A stretch of DNA of 64,000 nucleotides, taken from Prorocentrum cordatum (taxonomy: Eukaryota). Positions 47,177 to 64,000 of the stretch are shown here, in pieces; position 1 is the first letter of the stretch; every line of letters starts with the position of its first letter. The DNA lies in assembly GCA_963575745.1 (NCBI GenBank), contig CAUYUJ010000171.1, positions 1 to 64,000 of the forward strand, in the 5' to 3' direction. The position numbers were made by a program, and so were the translations under genes. The notes under the pieces are model-generated. The model made no database searches. It was not told the origin of the DNA and saw nothing but the letters and a program-made list of their open reading frames with translations.

Positions 47177-47866
47177 CCGCTCGTCGTCGTCGTAAGTCGC
47201 GAACGCCATCGTGCGTTTCCGGCAGCAATGGCCGTGGCCGGAGGCCACTAAATCACACACGGCGGCCACATCTGTAGCCAGCGGTCGCAAAATATGAAGA
47301 GGCGAGTTGAGGAGAGCGTCAGAGAAATGAAGGGGAAAGGGGGATCGTGGGGGCCAGCCGAGCCGGAGGAAACGAGAGTGGAAGCAGAAGGAGCAGCAGG
47401 AAGAGAAAGAGGAGGAGGAGGAGGAGGACGAGGACGAGGAGAGGAGGAGGAGGAGGAGGAGGAGAAGGAGAAGGAGAGGAAGACACCAGGAAGCCAAAAC
47501 CACACACACGAGTGGACTCACGTCCAGAACAGCTGGAAGCCACCCGCGGAAGACACGTGCGGGCAGAGGGCGTGCCTGGCCACACAGGGCACGCGGCACG
47601 AGCGCTGGAAAGACGTGAGGCCAGTGCATAGGCAGCCCCGGCTGATGGGCCTGTCTTCCACCACCACCAACACAAGTTGGTGGAGGACGCGGAGGAGGAC
47701 GAAGAGGAGAAGGACGAGGAGGAGGATGAGGAGGAGGAGGAGGAGGAGGACCCCCTGCCCCTCCAACTTATAGTGGCGGTGGTGGAAAACAGGCACATCA
47801 CTGGAGGCGGAGGCAGAAGCGCACAGACCGAAAGATACCGGAGCGACGGAGCGACGCGCGCCAGAC

Positions 47867-48416
47867 CATGCTCGATGATCCTCAGAACGCGTGATAGCCC
47901 CAGCGTGTGTTTGTCCATCGAGGCCCTTTCGATACGACGCAGGCGATGTAATGATCTACTGGTTGGGCTGAAGGGGGTAACACACACACATTGGGCTAGC
48001 ACACGTCCGGAGGATCATCGACGCGAATGTGTAAGCACCACGGCATGCATGTCAGAACCACAGCAAGACTTGGAGCACAGAGACCGAAAGACACCGTAGT
48101 GGCGGAGCGACGCGCGCCACACCGTGCGTGTGAGCACCACGGCATGCATGTCAGCAGAACCACAGCACGACTTGGAGCACAGAGATCGAAAGACACCGGA
48201 GCGACGGAGCGACGCGCGCCACACCGTGCGTGTGAGCACTACGGCATGCACGTCAGAACCACAGCAAGACCTTGGGGCACCGCAGGACGCCTGTACTGGG
48301 CCAACCACTCCCTGTGCGCTTCCGCCGGTCGCGGGGGTGGGGTGCGGGGGAAGGCGACCCCCCGTCACGGACGTTACGGAGGAGGAGGAGGAGGAGGAGG
48401 AGGAGGAGGAGGAGGA

Positions 48417-48447
<31 letters not shown>

Positions 48448-49488
48448 AGAGAGGAGGAGGAGGAGGAGGAGGAGGAGGAGGAGGAGGAGAGGAGGAGGAG
48501 GAGGACGAGGCGGAGGGAGGGGAGGGGGGAGGGGGAGGAGGGGGAGGAGAAGGAGGAGGAGGAGGAGGACGAGGAGGAGGAGGAGGGGAGGGGGAGGGAG
48601 GAGGAGGAGGAGGAGGAGGAGGAGGAGGAGGAGGAGGAGGAGGAGGAGGAGGAGGAGGAGGAGGAGGAGGAGGAGGAGGAGGAGGAGGAGGAGGAGGGGG
48701 AGGGGGAGGAGGAGGAGGAGGAGGAGGAGGAGGAGGAGGAGGAGGAGGAGGAGGAGGAGGAGGAGGAGGAGGAGGAGGAGGAGGAGCAGGAGGAGGGGCA
48801 GGAGGGCGAGGACTCCTGGGGGAAGGCTGTGGCTCATGATGCGAGCATGTACCTCCTGGGGGGGGCCACGAGAGGCGACCCTGTCGCTGTCTGGGGCTGC
48901 CGCTGTTCTGGGCGGGCCCAGCCTGGCCCCGACGGGCTTGATTCCGCCAGATGGGGGCAAGCCTACCCATGTGCAAGGATCCGACCAGCCATAACTGGGG
49001 GAGCTGTGGTCCTTACACCCCTGGGGGAACCCATCGCATCGACGATCTCTCGAGAGGGGTGTCGAAATCGATGGGTCCCCCAGGGGGATAAGGACCACAG
49101 CTCCCCCAGTTGTGGCTGGCCCGAGGGGGGCAAGCCTACACGTCGTTCATTCCTGATCGTGCTCGTTTCTAATTGTGCTCGCTTCTAATTGTTCCTGGCC
49201 CCCTAGTGGCCAGGGAGAGGCCCAGGGTGGAAGAATTAGAAATGAAGGGATCTTGCCCCCCCAAAAAAAAATCAAAGAACTCGAATACTTAGAAATTAGC
49301 AGTGTGTACCCATGCGCAAGGATCTCAAGTTGCCAGGACTCCACGCCCGTTGCAGTCAGGAAGGGCGCACGGGGAGCCGCGCTTGGAGCCAAAACCTCAG
49401 CATCCAGCGACAACTGGGGGCACGGTGCCCCGAGGCACTGCAGTCCTGCAGGTGGACGCTGCCCGACATGTACTTGACCACCTTGAAC
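47867..49488 (-). CDS. Four phase-compatible exons of an unknown intron-rich gene (49488-49396, 48855-48816, 48290-48271, 47955-47867)
   Basis: AG acceptors and GT/GA/GT/GT donors. The exons splice to VQGGQVHVGQRPPAGLQCLGAPCPQLSLDAE-EVHARIMSHSLPP-GVLRCPK-IITSPASYRKGLDGQTHAGAITRSEDHRA. Further exon-like segments lie at ~49600-49730 and ~50200-50450. Confidence 0.5.
48025..48272. repeat. ~105-bp tandem repeat (about 2.4 copies)
   Basis: gagcaccacggcatgcatgtcag..aaccacagca.gacttgg repeated. Confidence 0.85.
48985..49119. repeat. Near-perfect ~135-bp palindrome (foldback/MITE-like)
   Basis: ccagccataactgggggagctgtggtcctta... / ...taaggaccacagctcccccagttgtggctgg. Confidence 0.8.
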
Positions 49489-51065
49489 CTTGGCAATGCA
49501 GCGCGGTGTTGGGGCGGACAGTAGCACTACTCCTAACCGTCGGACGCCGCTCTCTGCACTCGCAAACACGAATAATTACATGATTAAGTCGCAGTGCGCA
49601 TGCGATGGCACATCTCTTGTAGTCTGAGGCTTGCCACTCATCAACAGAGCTGCAAAACACCTGCTGAGCACAGAGCCCAGCCCGCTGCTCGTACGTGTGG
49701 GAGGCTGCGTGGTTGAACTTTCGCACCTGCTGCCCACGAAGGGTTTGAGGAGACATGGAGGTCAGGTGGAAAATGGGAAGAACAGGGTAAAGAAAACACA
49801 TAAACATACACATCTATATGTATACAACTAGCTGTGTACATATGCACACACATATATGTGTAATATGATGAGAGAGGTGAAGAGACACATAAAAAGAAAT
49901 AACAAGATAACGAGACCGACAGAGATAGAGGAGAGGGAGAGAGAAAGAGAGAGAGAGAGACACCTGGATGCACAAAAATATGTATGCATGTGATATATAT
50001 ATACATATATACATATATATGTCGTTGTACATGTGCGCACGTATCTAGAAATATGTTGGAAAAAGGGTTGTACAGAGAGGGAGAAGAGAGGGACATGAAT
50101 AGTGAGGTACAGCCAACCAGATAATGAGGCAGGTAGAGGCTGATGGACATGGGCACAGGCAGGGATGAAGATATGGACATTTGTGTAGAGACAGAGAGGC
50201 CTGGTAAGTTTGATCTGTGCTGCGAAGAGAATTCATCGCATGTGCATTGGACGGTCGCCGGATCCTAACCCAACCTGCCAGGTCTTTGACCCCAGGAGAG
50301 GCCAATCCTATCGGCGACGCGCCTCTCCCAGAGGCCCACACAGAACGGTTGAAGACTGGTGGGCTACCAAATCGCGACATGACGGACGTGCCATCGCTGC
50401 TGGCCGCGCCATACGCCTGGCGTGCCTCATCGATCCATCGAGCGCGCGGCTCGGGGCTGTCCGAACAGACTCGGGGATGGACAGACCCCCCTTTAGTAAA
50501 ACGTGGTTTAGTGAAAACGACCTGAGGCCCAATCCTGGTGGGCGCAGGCCTGGAAAATAACGGCATCGGCGCCCTCTCGAGAACCGAAAACGGACAGTTC
50601 ACTAATCGACGCGTCACTGTTGGGGCTTCTGTCCACCCCCGACAGACTGGGGCCTCCGAGGCTGCACCTGGCCCGAAGCCGCACGCAGGCAGCACACTCC
50701 TCGACGCAGGCCGCGCTGCACGCGCCACCACGCACGACGGCCTCCCACGAGCGCGCGGGCCCTGACTGCGCCACGCCCGGGGGGCGTCCGCGCGGGGGCG
50801 GAAGCGCGGGCCCCTCCGGCCGGCCCCCGGGCCTGCCCGGCATCTCGGCGCGATGCCCGAGGGCGCAGGCCGCTGCAGCCCCAGCGCGCACGCGTCGGCC
50901 GGCCGCCGCCCGCGTGAACAGGCCGCCACACCTCGCGGCCTCGGACCACGGGCTCTCGCCGCGGCCACGAGGACAGGGCCTGGGCGCGCGCGCTGCGGGA
51001 GGCCAGCAGCCAAAGGGCAAGTCCACGGTGCGAAAGGCCCGGCTTGCACGGTTGCCCCCGGAGCC

Positions 51066-54615
<3,550 letters not shown>

Positions 54616-54839
54616 TGGTCGAAACATTGGTGATAGGGCAGTCTGGGGTCCATGTCTGGATTTGGGAAGCCCTTGGGGCCTCCGGATTCGTCGGGGGTCT
54701 TCAAGATTCTTCAGAACCCCACAACATTCTGCATGTATTCTGACGGTGTTACCAACATCCTCGAGCTTGCTGCGGGTCTATGAGGAATTTCGATGGCTGA
54801 TATTGGGTGTAGCGGAATGACGTCTCATCCGGACTTCAA

Positions 54840-55330
54840 TTAGACCTCGCCATCCTTTGGTGGCTGCGATTTGCGAAACTGTCGCCACTTTCGAAGGCTG
54901 CTGGGGGGTCCAGCGGAGTGACGTCTTTCCCAAACCTACACGGGGGGCTGCAATTTGCGAGAACCGTCGCCACTTTCGAAGGCTGCTGGGGGATTCAGCG
55001 GAGCGAGGCCTTACCCAGCCCTAAACTAGACCTCGCCATCCGTGGTGGGGCTGCGATTTGCGAAACTGCAACCGTCTTCGAAAGCTGCTGGCGGGTGCAG
55101 CGGAATAACGTCTTACGCATACCTTAAATTGGCCTCGCCATCCCTGGGGGCTGCGATCTGCGAGACTGTCGCCACTTTCGAATGCTGCGGGGGGTACGGG
55201 GCGACGCCCCACCCAGATTTAGATTAGACCTCGCCGTCCCTGGGTGTCTGCGATCTGCGAAACTGTCGCCGCTTGCGGGGGCTTCTGAAGGTCCAGCGGA
55301 GCGAGGCCCCACCCAGATTCAGATTAGAGG
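54840..55330. repeat. ~90-bp degenerate minisatellite (ctgcgat.tgcgaaactgtcgccactttcgaa)
   Basis: About 5 units. Confidence 0.8.
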
Positions 55331-55921
55331 AATCTCTCTGGCGGCTGGGATCTGCTCCAGTTCGCTTGGAGTCTTCTTTGGCATCAAGTGGGGATACGAG
55401 GATTTTCTCTGGCCGCTGGGATATGCCCCATTCCGATTGGAATCCGATTTGGAATGAATTGGGAATCCAATGTGTCAGTCTGGCGGCGGGGTCTGGTCCA
55501 ACGCGATTGGATCATTGTACATACATATGATACTGGAGAAAAGCCCCGATCATAATCTTTTTAGGGCTGTAGGGCTATGGGGCTACAAGGCTACATGGGC
55601 TCTTGGGCGCTATATGGGCTATTGGGCTATATGGCTACATGGCTATAGGTCTATAGGGCCATAGGGCCCCACCAGGCACCCGGGCACCCCCAGGCACGCC
55701 TGGGCACCCGGGCACCCGGGCACCCCCGGGCACCCGGGCCTGCGGCGAAAAACGGTGGCACACCTAACCTACCAAATGAATCCGCTAGGACCCTTACAGA
55801 GGCAAGCTCTGACTGGGGAATATATGTTGTTTTGTTGTCGCGTGCGTTCCCACACCCGAATCCAACCCCGAACCCTTACACCTTCTACATCCTCCTTAAG
55901 CCGAACAAGAAGCCGGACAAC

Positions 55922-55937
55922 CCTAGTGATAGTAATC

Positions 55938-55982
<45 letters not shown>

Positions 55983-56257
55983 TTCGTAGTAGCAGTAGTA
56001 GTAGTAGTAGTAGTAGTAATAGTAGTAGTAGTAGTAGTAGTAAAAGTAGTAGTAGTAGTAGCAGTAGTCGTAGTAGCACCCAGAGAAGTAGTAGCAGTAG
56101 TAGTAGTAGTAGTAGTAGTAGTCGTGGTCGTAGTAGAAGTAGTAGTAGTAGTAGTAGTAGCAGTAGTGGTAGTAGTAGTGGTAGTAGTAGTAGTTGTAGT
56201 GGTGGTAATAGTAGAAGCAGTAGTAGTAGTAGTAGCAGTAGTAGTAGTAGTAGCAGC

Positions 56258-56292
<35 letters not shown>

Positions 56293-56763
56293 TAGTAGTA
56301 GTAGTAGTAGCAGTAGCCGTAGCAGTAGTAGTACCCAGAGTAGTAGTAGCAGTAGTAGTAGTAATAGTAGTAAATGTAGTAAAAATAGAAATAGTAGTAG
56401 GAGTAGTAGAAGTAGTAGTAGTACTAGTAGTAGTGGTAGTAGTAGTGGTAGTAGTAGTAGGCGTCGTAGTAGTAGTAGTAGTAGTAGCAGTAGTAGTAGT
56501 AACAGTAATCGTAATAATAGTAGTCGTACAATTAGTAGTAGTAGTAGGTGTAGTAGTCCTAGTAGTAGTAGTAGTAGTAGTAGTAGGAGGAGGAGGAGGA
56601 GGAGGAGGAGTCGTAGTAGTAGTCGTAGTAGTAGTAATAGTACTAACCATGTACAACATCATGTCAACATTAGTAGAGAAAGAAATCAGAAGTCGTAGTA
56701 GTCGTAGTCGTAACGTAGTAGAAGTAGTACGAATTGGAGTAGTAGTACTGGTAGTGGTAGTAA

Positions 56764-56794
<31 letters not shown>

Positions 56795-56881
56795 CGTAGT
56801 AGTAGTAGTAGTAGTGGTAGTAGTAGTAGAAGTAATAACAGTAGTATTAATAAGAGTGATACTATCAGTCGGGGTCGTAGC

Positions 56882-56914
<33 letters not shown>

Positions 56915-57283
56915 CGTCGTAGCAGTAGTAGTAATAGGAAGAGTAGTAGTGCTAGTAGTAGTCGTCGTAGCAGTAGCAGTTGTAGTATTAGTCGTAGTCG
57001 TAGTCGTAGTCGTACTACTAGTAGTAGTAATAACAATAGTAAGGCTAGTAGCAATAGTTCTTGTACACGTGGTAGACGCAATAATAGTAATAACAATCTT
57101 CCCGTCATAGCAGTAGTCCTTGTGCTGGAAATGATAGAATGGTAGTGGTGATGATAGTGAGAGCAGTAGGGACAGTCAAAGTAGTACTAGTAGTAGTAGT
57201 AGTAGTAGTAGTAGCAGTAGTAGTAGGAGTAGTAGTAGTAGTAGTAGTAGTGATAGTAGTAGTAATAGGAGTAGTAGTAGTAT

Positions 57284-57358
<75 letters not shown>

Positions 57359-57420
57359 GACTACTACTACTGATAATACGAATGTTCGTATCAGTAGTGG
57401 TAGTACGAGTACTCATAGTA

Positions 57421-57455
<35 letters not shown>

Positions 57456-57456
57456 C

Positions 57457-57522
<66 letters not shown>

Positions 57523-57575
57523 ATAACACTAATACTAGCGGTGCTAGTAGTCGTACTAGTAGTAGTAGTAGTAGT
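55922..57575. repeat. Degenerate (TAG)n microsatellite
   Basis: Direct inspection. Confidence 0.93.
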
Positions 57576-58190
57576 GAGGGGGAGGGAGGAGGAGGAGAAG
57601 GAGAGGATGTTCCAGGAAAATAAGAACCCAATTCAGGATATGGGGGTCAGCACCTCGCACGTCTGTGATAGAGTGCTGCAGGGATAGAGGGCTCCGGTCG
57701 CGGCTCTCGGCGTGACTTGGACAGAAGAGGAGAGCACATCGCTTCGGCCGCGCTCCCCGCCAGCCGATGCGCTCCCGTGGGTGACGGGCGCGCGTGCCCG
57801 TCCCCAGCGGGCCGTGTGTGGGGGAGAGGCCGGCATCTGGTTGCAGCATATGCCACGCTCGGCGATGGAAGAGGAGGGTGGGAGAAGGATGAAGAAAGCG
57901 GGAATGAGGGATGGAGGAAGATTGATGGCGGAAGGAAAACGAACGACACGGGCTGAGATTACCGGCGGAGGTTCGAGGAAGAGGAGGGCGAGAAGGAGGA
58001 CCAGGAGTGCGAAATGGCATACGTTAAGAGTGACCCTTCGCTAGAGTGACCTGCGGTGCTGGCCCCAGGGGGATCGGGTGATTTTTTCTTGAAACGAGCT
58101 TGACCTCGCGTCGGTACGCGTATCGCGTGATTGCGCTCGCATCTGAGCGCGCCAGGGTTGGGCCCCCCCCCTTCACTCGACAGCAACGCA

Positions 58191-58370
58191 TACGGTCGGG
58201 GCGCTGACCTAAGGAACCTTAAATAAGGAACGAGACCCCTTTTCCCCAAAAGTTGAACTTCGATTCCCCATCGAAGGCCTCAGGGCAACCCAAGGCAAGC
58301 TGCACAACAATCCAGGAACACCGAGCCCCTCGCCAACAAAAAGGGTTCCTTCTTCAGCGCCCCGACTGTA
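58191..58370. mobile_element. TA-flanked MITE, second copy of the 2833-3014 family
   Basis: TA-cggtcggggcgctga ... tcagcgccccgactg-TA. Confidence 0.75.
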
Positions 58371-59905
58371 CGCGGCGCCCCCTACAGTGCGCACTGGTTT
58401 CCCGGGGGGGGGGCGGTCCACCAAACGGCGCGTTGTCCGCCCCAGGACCAGTCCAGAACCCCAGCCCAATATCCAAACCGTCCAGTCTGAATATCCTTGG
58501 ATGTCTTTGAATGTCTCTGGATATGTTAGAATATCCTTGTTGGAATTGATGGGAATCGTTCCTATTGCAAGTTATCCAGGAATGTGCAAACAAATTCCGA
58601 GACCGCGGATGGGGCCAGTTTTGGCCATGACGCCGGACCTGGCCAGACTTCATCGCGATGCGGCCTTGCAGTGCCAGACCCCATCGTGGTGCCCCTTGGC
58701 AGCGTCTGCTTTCGCAGCGCCTTCGACGTGCCTTTCTCGGCGTTCGAATCCAATTGGCGGACTTCCGCGGTTGCCCGTGGGCGCCAAAAAAAACCCAATG
58801 GCGCCCCGCCGATCGTTGATGTGGCGCGGCACTACTGGCTTGCGCGGTTGCGTTGGGCCCCCACGGGCGCCCTTGAAGCCGCGCGCCAGTGGTCAGCCCA
58901 GCCTAGGGTCACTCCAAATCGTGGAGGCAAGAGGAGACCCAGATCAGATCTGGAGGCCCGCTTTCCCTCCCCAGACAGGCGATGTCCAAATTTGTCCGGT
59001 ACGCGGCTCCCAGAAATACCGACCCTTTCCCCAAGGCTGGCTTGTCATCCCGAATCATTTGTTGACGGTCCTGAGGCCTGGCGAAGGCCTCCAGGGGCCG
59101 AAGATTGCAACAAAAACCTCCTGTCCAGATTGTTTTAACGACGCGAGCATGTCTGTGTCCAGACCCTCGACGCCATGTTTTTTTACGACGTGGATCGCCA
59201 GACGTTTCGACCCATTCCCCAGGACTAGCGTCTCATCTCGAGCCGTCTGGTTGACGGTCCTTGGGCCTGGCGAGGACACCCATGACTGGCGGCGAGCGAG
59301 GGGGGGAAATGAAAGGGCGATTTCGCTCTTCCTTGGCATTTTCTTAGGGTGGAGGGCTCAGGGTGAAATCCATATGGGATTTTGCACGTCTTGTGATTCA
59401 CCTTTTGCTGATTCAAGCCTCGAGAACCCATCGCAACGGCACTTCAGAGTTCACCCTTCGCCCTCCACCCAAAGAAAATGCTCGTTCTTCACCGTCTGCA
59501 CTGTCCCCCAAGGCTGAACCTACACGGTGATTTTCGTTTTCGTTTTGCTTTCGTTTTCCCTCGCTTTTGTCTCGAATCCGCCTTCACCGCAAAACGAAGT
59601 CGAAACGAAAAAGGCCCACGGAAAATCGCCAAAACCACCGTCTACGTCCGGCCCTGCTGCCCCCCAGACGTCCGCAATGCCGATCTTTTCGAGACGTGGG
59701 CCCCAGAGGCGCCAGGCCCGAGACAGGCCCCCAGAGGCCCGCGTGGCGGACAGCCGACCGCCCTTCCTGCTCCGAGCAGCCGGCTGTCCGTGGCTCTGCC
59801 TGCCGCCCGAGCTCGGCGGCGAGCGAAGGGGGGGAAGCGAGAGGGAGGAGGCCTCCTCAGAAGGCGGCGGGGCCTCTCGGAAGCCCTCGCGCCTCCTGAG
59901 AACTT

Positions 59906-60135
59906 TGGACGCCCGAGTTATCCGGGGTAACTCGGGTCCGGGGTACCTCGGGTTTGGGTTCCCGAAAAACAAACCCGAGTTAACCCTGACCCGAGTTACC
60001 CCTGATGATTCGGGGCTCTGGACGCCCGAAATATCCGGGGTAACTCGGGTCCGGGATAACTCGGGTTCGGAATCCCGAAAAGCGAACCCGAGTTAGCCCT
60101 GACCCGAGTTACCCCTGATGATTCGGGGCTCTGAG
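59906..60135. repeat. Tandem dimer (~115 bp) of nested inverted repeats (aactcggg/cccgagtt)
   Basis: ggggtaactcgggtc...gacccgagttacccctgatgattcggggctctg occurs twice. Confidence 0.8.
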
Positions 60136-60669
60136 AACTCGTCCGTGCCCTCGGGAAGGCTCCGGAAACTTCTCGGAAGGCCAAGGGACTTCCGGGCCTT
60201 CCGAGAAAAGGCCCGCCCCTCCTCACTTCCCCCCGGGGGGGCTCGCCGCCGACCGCAGAACGGGCCCCCGGCGGCCGCCGGGGACGATCCCGGGCACCCC
60301 TGGAATGATGGGTCTGTTTTCCACCACCACCACCACCATAAGTTGGAGGGGGAGGTGGTCCTCCACCTCCTCCTCCTCCCCCTCCTCCTCCTCCTCCTCC
60401 TCCTCCTCCTCCTCCTCCTCTTCCTCTTCTTCCTCCTCCTCCTCCTCCTCCTCCTCCTCCTCGTCTTCCTCTTCCTTCCCCCATCCAACTTATGGTGGTG
60501 GTTGAAAACAGGCCCATCATGATGGAACGCTATCGACGAGGCGCAACCGCCAGAAAACACCCCGAGACCAGAAAAGAACACCCGGAACCAACGACAACTG
60601 CCGTCGACGCAAGGCGGTCTGCTCCGGCAAAGGAGACCCACATCTGGAGGCCATCCTGGGCCCCTTGGG

Positions 60670-60832
60670 GGCGGCCAAAGAGGGGGGCGTCCAAGAGGGG
60701 GGGGTGCAAATCATGGCCGGCGGCATGCGCGCGGCCCAAAGGGTGGCCAGGGACGTAATGAAATAAGAGGAGGCGCCATGAAACCTGGGGACATATCGTG
60801 GCCCACGCCATGATATCCCCCCCCCCCCCATA
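60670..60832. repeat. Dispersed ~165-bp repeat; second copy at ~63428-63590
   Basis: gcggccaa.gaggggg..tccaagaggggggggtgcaaatcatg...ccacgccatgatatccccc. Confidence 0.85.
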
Positions 60833-60916
60833 GTCAACCCACCCCTCTTTGCCGCCCCCGAGCCTCTCCTCCCGCCCCCGGGGCACCGGGCAGTTCCAGT
60901 CCGGGCACCGATGCTT

Positions 60917-61129
60917 TGGACGCCCGACATGGGTACCGAAAGAATGGGTACGATGCCCAACAACAAATGTTGTCCCAAAGCAACAGCGGCCGCTGTTGGG
61001 CAGGCGACCTCCTGTCTCGAATGGGCACAGGCTGCGGCGGCGCGGACGGCGAATCCTGCTCAAAAGGAACAGGAATTGTTGTTGGGCATTTTACCCATTC
61101 TTTCGGTACGTACCCATTTCGGGCGTCCA
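60917..61129. mobile_element. MITE-like element with ~50-bp TIRs
   Basis: tggacgcccga.atgggtaccgaaagaatgggta..atgcccaacaacaa is mirrored at the right end. Confidence 0.65.
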
Positions 61130-61425
61130 GAGATGCGACGAGACCACGAGGCCGAACGACCCGGTGTCCGCCACCACGCGGAGGGGCTGCCCGCCAAGCT
61201 GGCGGCGGCTGCTTTCGGCGCCACGGCCGCCCGCCAAGAGCTAAGCCCGCCGCTCGCGGGCGCCTGGCCAGCGGACCCTGAGGTCCAAGCACTGCCTCCT
61301 CCTCCTCCTCCTCCTCCTCCTCCTCCTCCTCCTCCTCCTCCTCTCCTCCTCCTCCTCCTCCTCCTCCTCCTCCTCCTCCTCCTCCTCCTCCTCCCTCCTC
61401 CTCCCCTCCTCCTTCCTCCTCCTCC

Positions 61426-61456
<31 letters not shown>

Positions 61457-64000
61457 CTCCTCTTCCTCCTCCTCCTCCTCCTCCTCCTCGCCTCCCCTCC
61501 CTCTCCCCCTTCCTCTCGTCCTCCTTCTCCTCTCCCTCCTCCTCCCCTCCCCCTCCCCTTTTTCCTTCTCCTCCTCACCCAGCTCACTTTCACACAAGGC
61601 GCTTTCATCCCGTTGTGGGGCCTGGGGTGCACGCAGATCGATCCGGCTCGAAACTGCGCGGCAGAAAGATGGGGTCTGGGGGGTCCAGTCGCGACTCTTC
61701 GCGATTTCGCAATATGTTCGCAACGTCGGGTCTCGATGGGCACCTGGTCAGGGCCACCTACACCCAGACACGCTAGACCGGGACATCCAACATATATCAG
61801 AACCAGTTTTTCCGGACGGCGGCACGAACAAACAACTGCACTGCACAAGAGAACGGCACGGACAAAAAAACTGCACTGCAGAATTCCTGGAATAAGCCCG
61901 GACAAAGGCAACGAAAACGTGCAAAAACCTCCCCTAGACCTGGTCGGACAAGGACCCGAACCCTGCAGTGCAGCAGTAGAACCATTCACTGGACGGCCAA
62001 GCACATCAACAAAAAATGCTCGGGACGACCAAAATCTGGTTTTGCAGGAAAGGGTGTCGCTTTCCCAACTAGCCAATGTCTCTTTGTGGGGGGGGGGGTG
62101 ACCTGGCGTCACCAAAAGAAGGCCGGAAATCCAGACGGCCAATGGTTCCCTCCGAAGGTCCGCCTCGGGCCTGGGCACCATCACTGAAGAACGGCCAGGA
62201 ATGACTGGCCGGCCCCTTGGGGCGGGCGGAAACCCAAAGGACCCGCGCCGCCTGGGGCGCTCGGCAGAGAGCCCCTGACATCCGACGATTTCCAAGAAGC
62301 AATTACTGGGATGTCATCGTCGGAAGGATTAGGGAAAATTGCGCCCCAGTGGGGGGGGCTGCCACGCTGGGTTTGGCTGCGGACTAAGCGGGATCCAGCC
62401 AGTGTAACATGTAGTCAACCGGAGTCAGCGGGACGGGGACCAGGGCAAGCTCAAAAATTGACCAACCTGGAGTTGCATCTGGACGTCTTGATTACTGTCC
62501 CACATACGGGGTCCCCGGAGTGAGAGGGATGAGCGAGCAAGACAGCCAGTCAGCATATACCCGCCATGTGGAATAAATAGCGCCTGCACAGGGCACTTGC
62601 CCGCAGGACACTCCACAAAGGCGCGTGCGCCTTGAGGGTCACGCGCAGAGAGGTGTGAGAAGAGGACAACTGCGAGTGTCCCCACCGGCCTGGCCTGAGA
62701 CATCTTCCACACCCGGAGCGACCCTTTCCCCATGGCAGATTCTTCCTCCCGGGTCCTCTCGTGACGGTCCCAGGGCCCGGCGAAGGCCCACGGAGGCCCC
62801 GAAAGCAGCCGGAAACCTTCCGTCGCGAGCATTTCGCGACGCGAGCATGTCTCGGGAGGCCACCCAGCGCCCCTCCTCGGGGATCTGCTGACCCAGGCCA
62901 ATCCAAACTCGGGTCAGTCGGGCCTTGCAGGATCCTGCAAGATCCTGCACCGAAACCCGAGTCAACGCGAAGGATCCTGCAAGACCATGCAGGATCCTGC
63001 ACCCAAGCCCAGGTCAATGCGACCCTGGCCCCGCAGGATCCTGCAAGATCGGGCGCTCTGGCTGACCCCCGTTTGCATTTACCCCCGTGTCAAGGTTCCC
63101 GACCTTCCTCCTTATCGAGCACGCCGGGCCACCTCTCGTTTCCGTTCGCGCTGCGCGAATCGCTAAGGGAGGCTGCCGTTGCGCCCCTTTCCCGAGAAGG
63201 GCACCTCCTCGGCCCAAGCCTCGATCCGCGAGGCCTGCCTGTCTTCGCGCCCCCACGGCTGACCTCGCGAGACGCTCGCAGACATGCTCGCGTGGAACAA
63301 AGATCAGGACGGGAGGTCCTTGGCAATTGTCGGCCCGTGGAGTGAGGCCCTCGCCGGGCCTCGGAACAGTCAACGGCACGACTCAGGACGGCAAACTGGC
63401 CCAGGGGAAAGGGTCGTTATCTTCAAGAGCGGCCAAGAGGGGGGTGTCCAAGAGGGGGGGGTGCAAATCATGACCGGCGTCATGTGCGCGGCCCAGCGGG
63501 GGGGCCAGGGACGTGATGAAATAAGAAGAGGCGCCATGAAATCTGGGGAAATGTCATGGACCACGCCATGATATCCCCCCCCCCCTGGTCATCACCCCCC
63601 TCGTTGCCGCCCCCGATATCTCTGGGGACCGCACATTGAAAAAATCAGGACGGCGCACGTCTCGGAAGTCGTCCCCCCCTTGGCCACGGCCACTTCGCCC
63701 CGCCTCGAGAGCCCTTGGGCCCTCGCAGATCCATCCCGCTCCAAAGAGTGCCGCAGGAAGATGGGGTCTGGGGGCTCTGGACGTGATTTCGCGCGATGCG
63801 CTCCTCCTCCTCCTCCTCCTCCTCCTCCTTCTCCTCCGCCTCTTCCTCCTCCACCTCCTCCTCCTCCGCCTCTTCCTCCTCCACCTCCTCCTCCTTCCTC
63901 CTCTCTCCTCCCTCCTCCCTCCTCCTGCTCCTCCTTCTCCTCAGGGGAGAGGGGCGCGCAGGAGCCTCGCCCGCTCCCCCCCCCCCCCCCCAGCACGCGG

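Noticed and set aside
58387..59517. 376-aa ORF on +
   Set aside because: No recognisable motifs. It spans repeat-like DNA and is antisense to the local gene orientation.
59995..60042. CTGATGA...GAAA suggesting a hammerhead ribozyme
   Set aside because: Stem II geometry is wrong (TTCGGG pairs with CCCGAA and consumes the GAAA), and there is no stem III/NUH.

Overview
This is a GC-rich, repeat-saturated eukaryotic window, most consistent with a dinoflagellate genome. The supporting signs are a relic DinoSL spliced leader, micro-exons with GC/GA/GG donors, and all genes lying on the minus strand. The centrepiece is a very young ~10 kb Ty1/copia LTR retrotransposon (33886-43945, minus strand). 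It has identical 214-bp LTRs, a 5-bp TSD and a tRNA-iMet-type PBS, and it carries a C5 DNA-methyltransferase domain plus a degenerate second copy. Its unusual features are non-TG/CA termini, no polypurine tract, a spliced-leader-like sequence inside the LTR, and three breaks in the polyprotein frame. The breaks are an MLV-like UAG-G plus hairpin, a 7-nt TCT-TGA-A-TCT duplication, and an in-frame UAA. The element sits inside a head-to-tail array of DINE-1/Helentron-like elements that carry a 90-bp satellite. The window also holds an intronless SL-relic retrogene for a polytopic membrane protein and exons of two intron-rich genes, one of them aspartic-protease-like. Other contents are a tandem ~860-bp highly structured repeat, a T-shaped GNA-hairpin element family, many MITE families and long strand-biased (TAG)n tracts. 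Most ORFs in the supplied track are microsatellite or satellite artefacts. All calls were made by eye, without searches.
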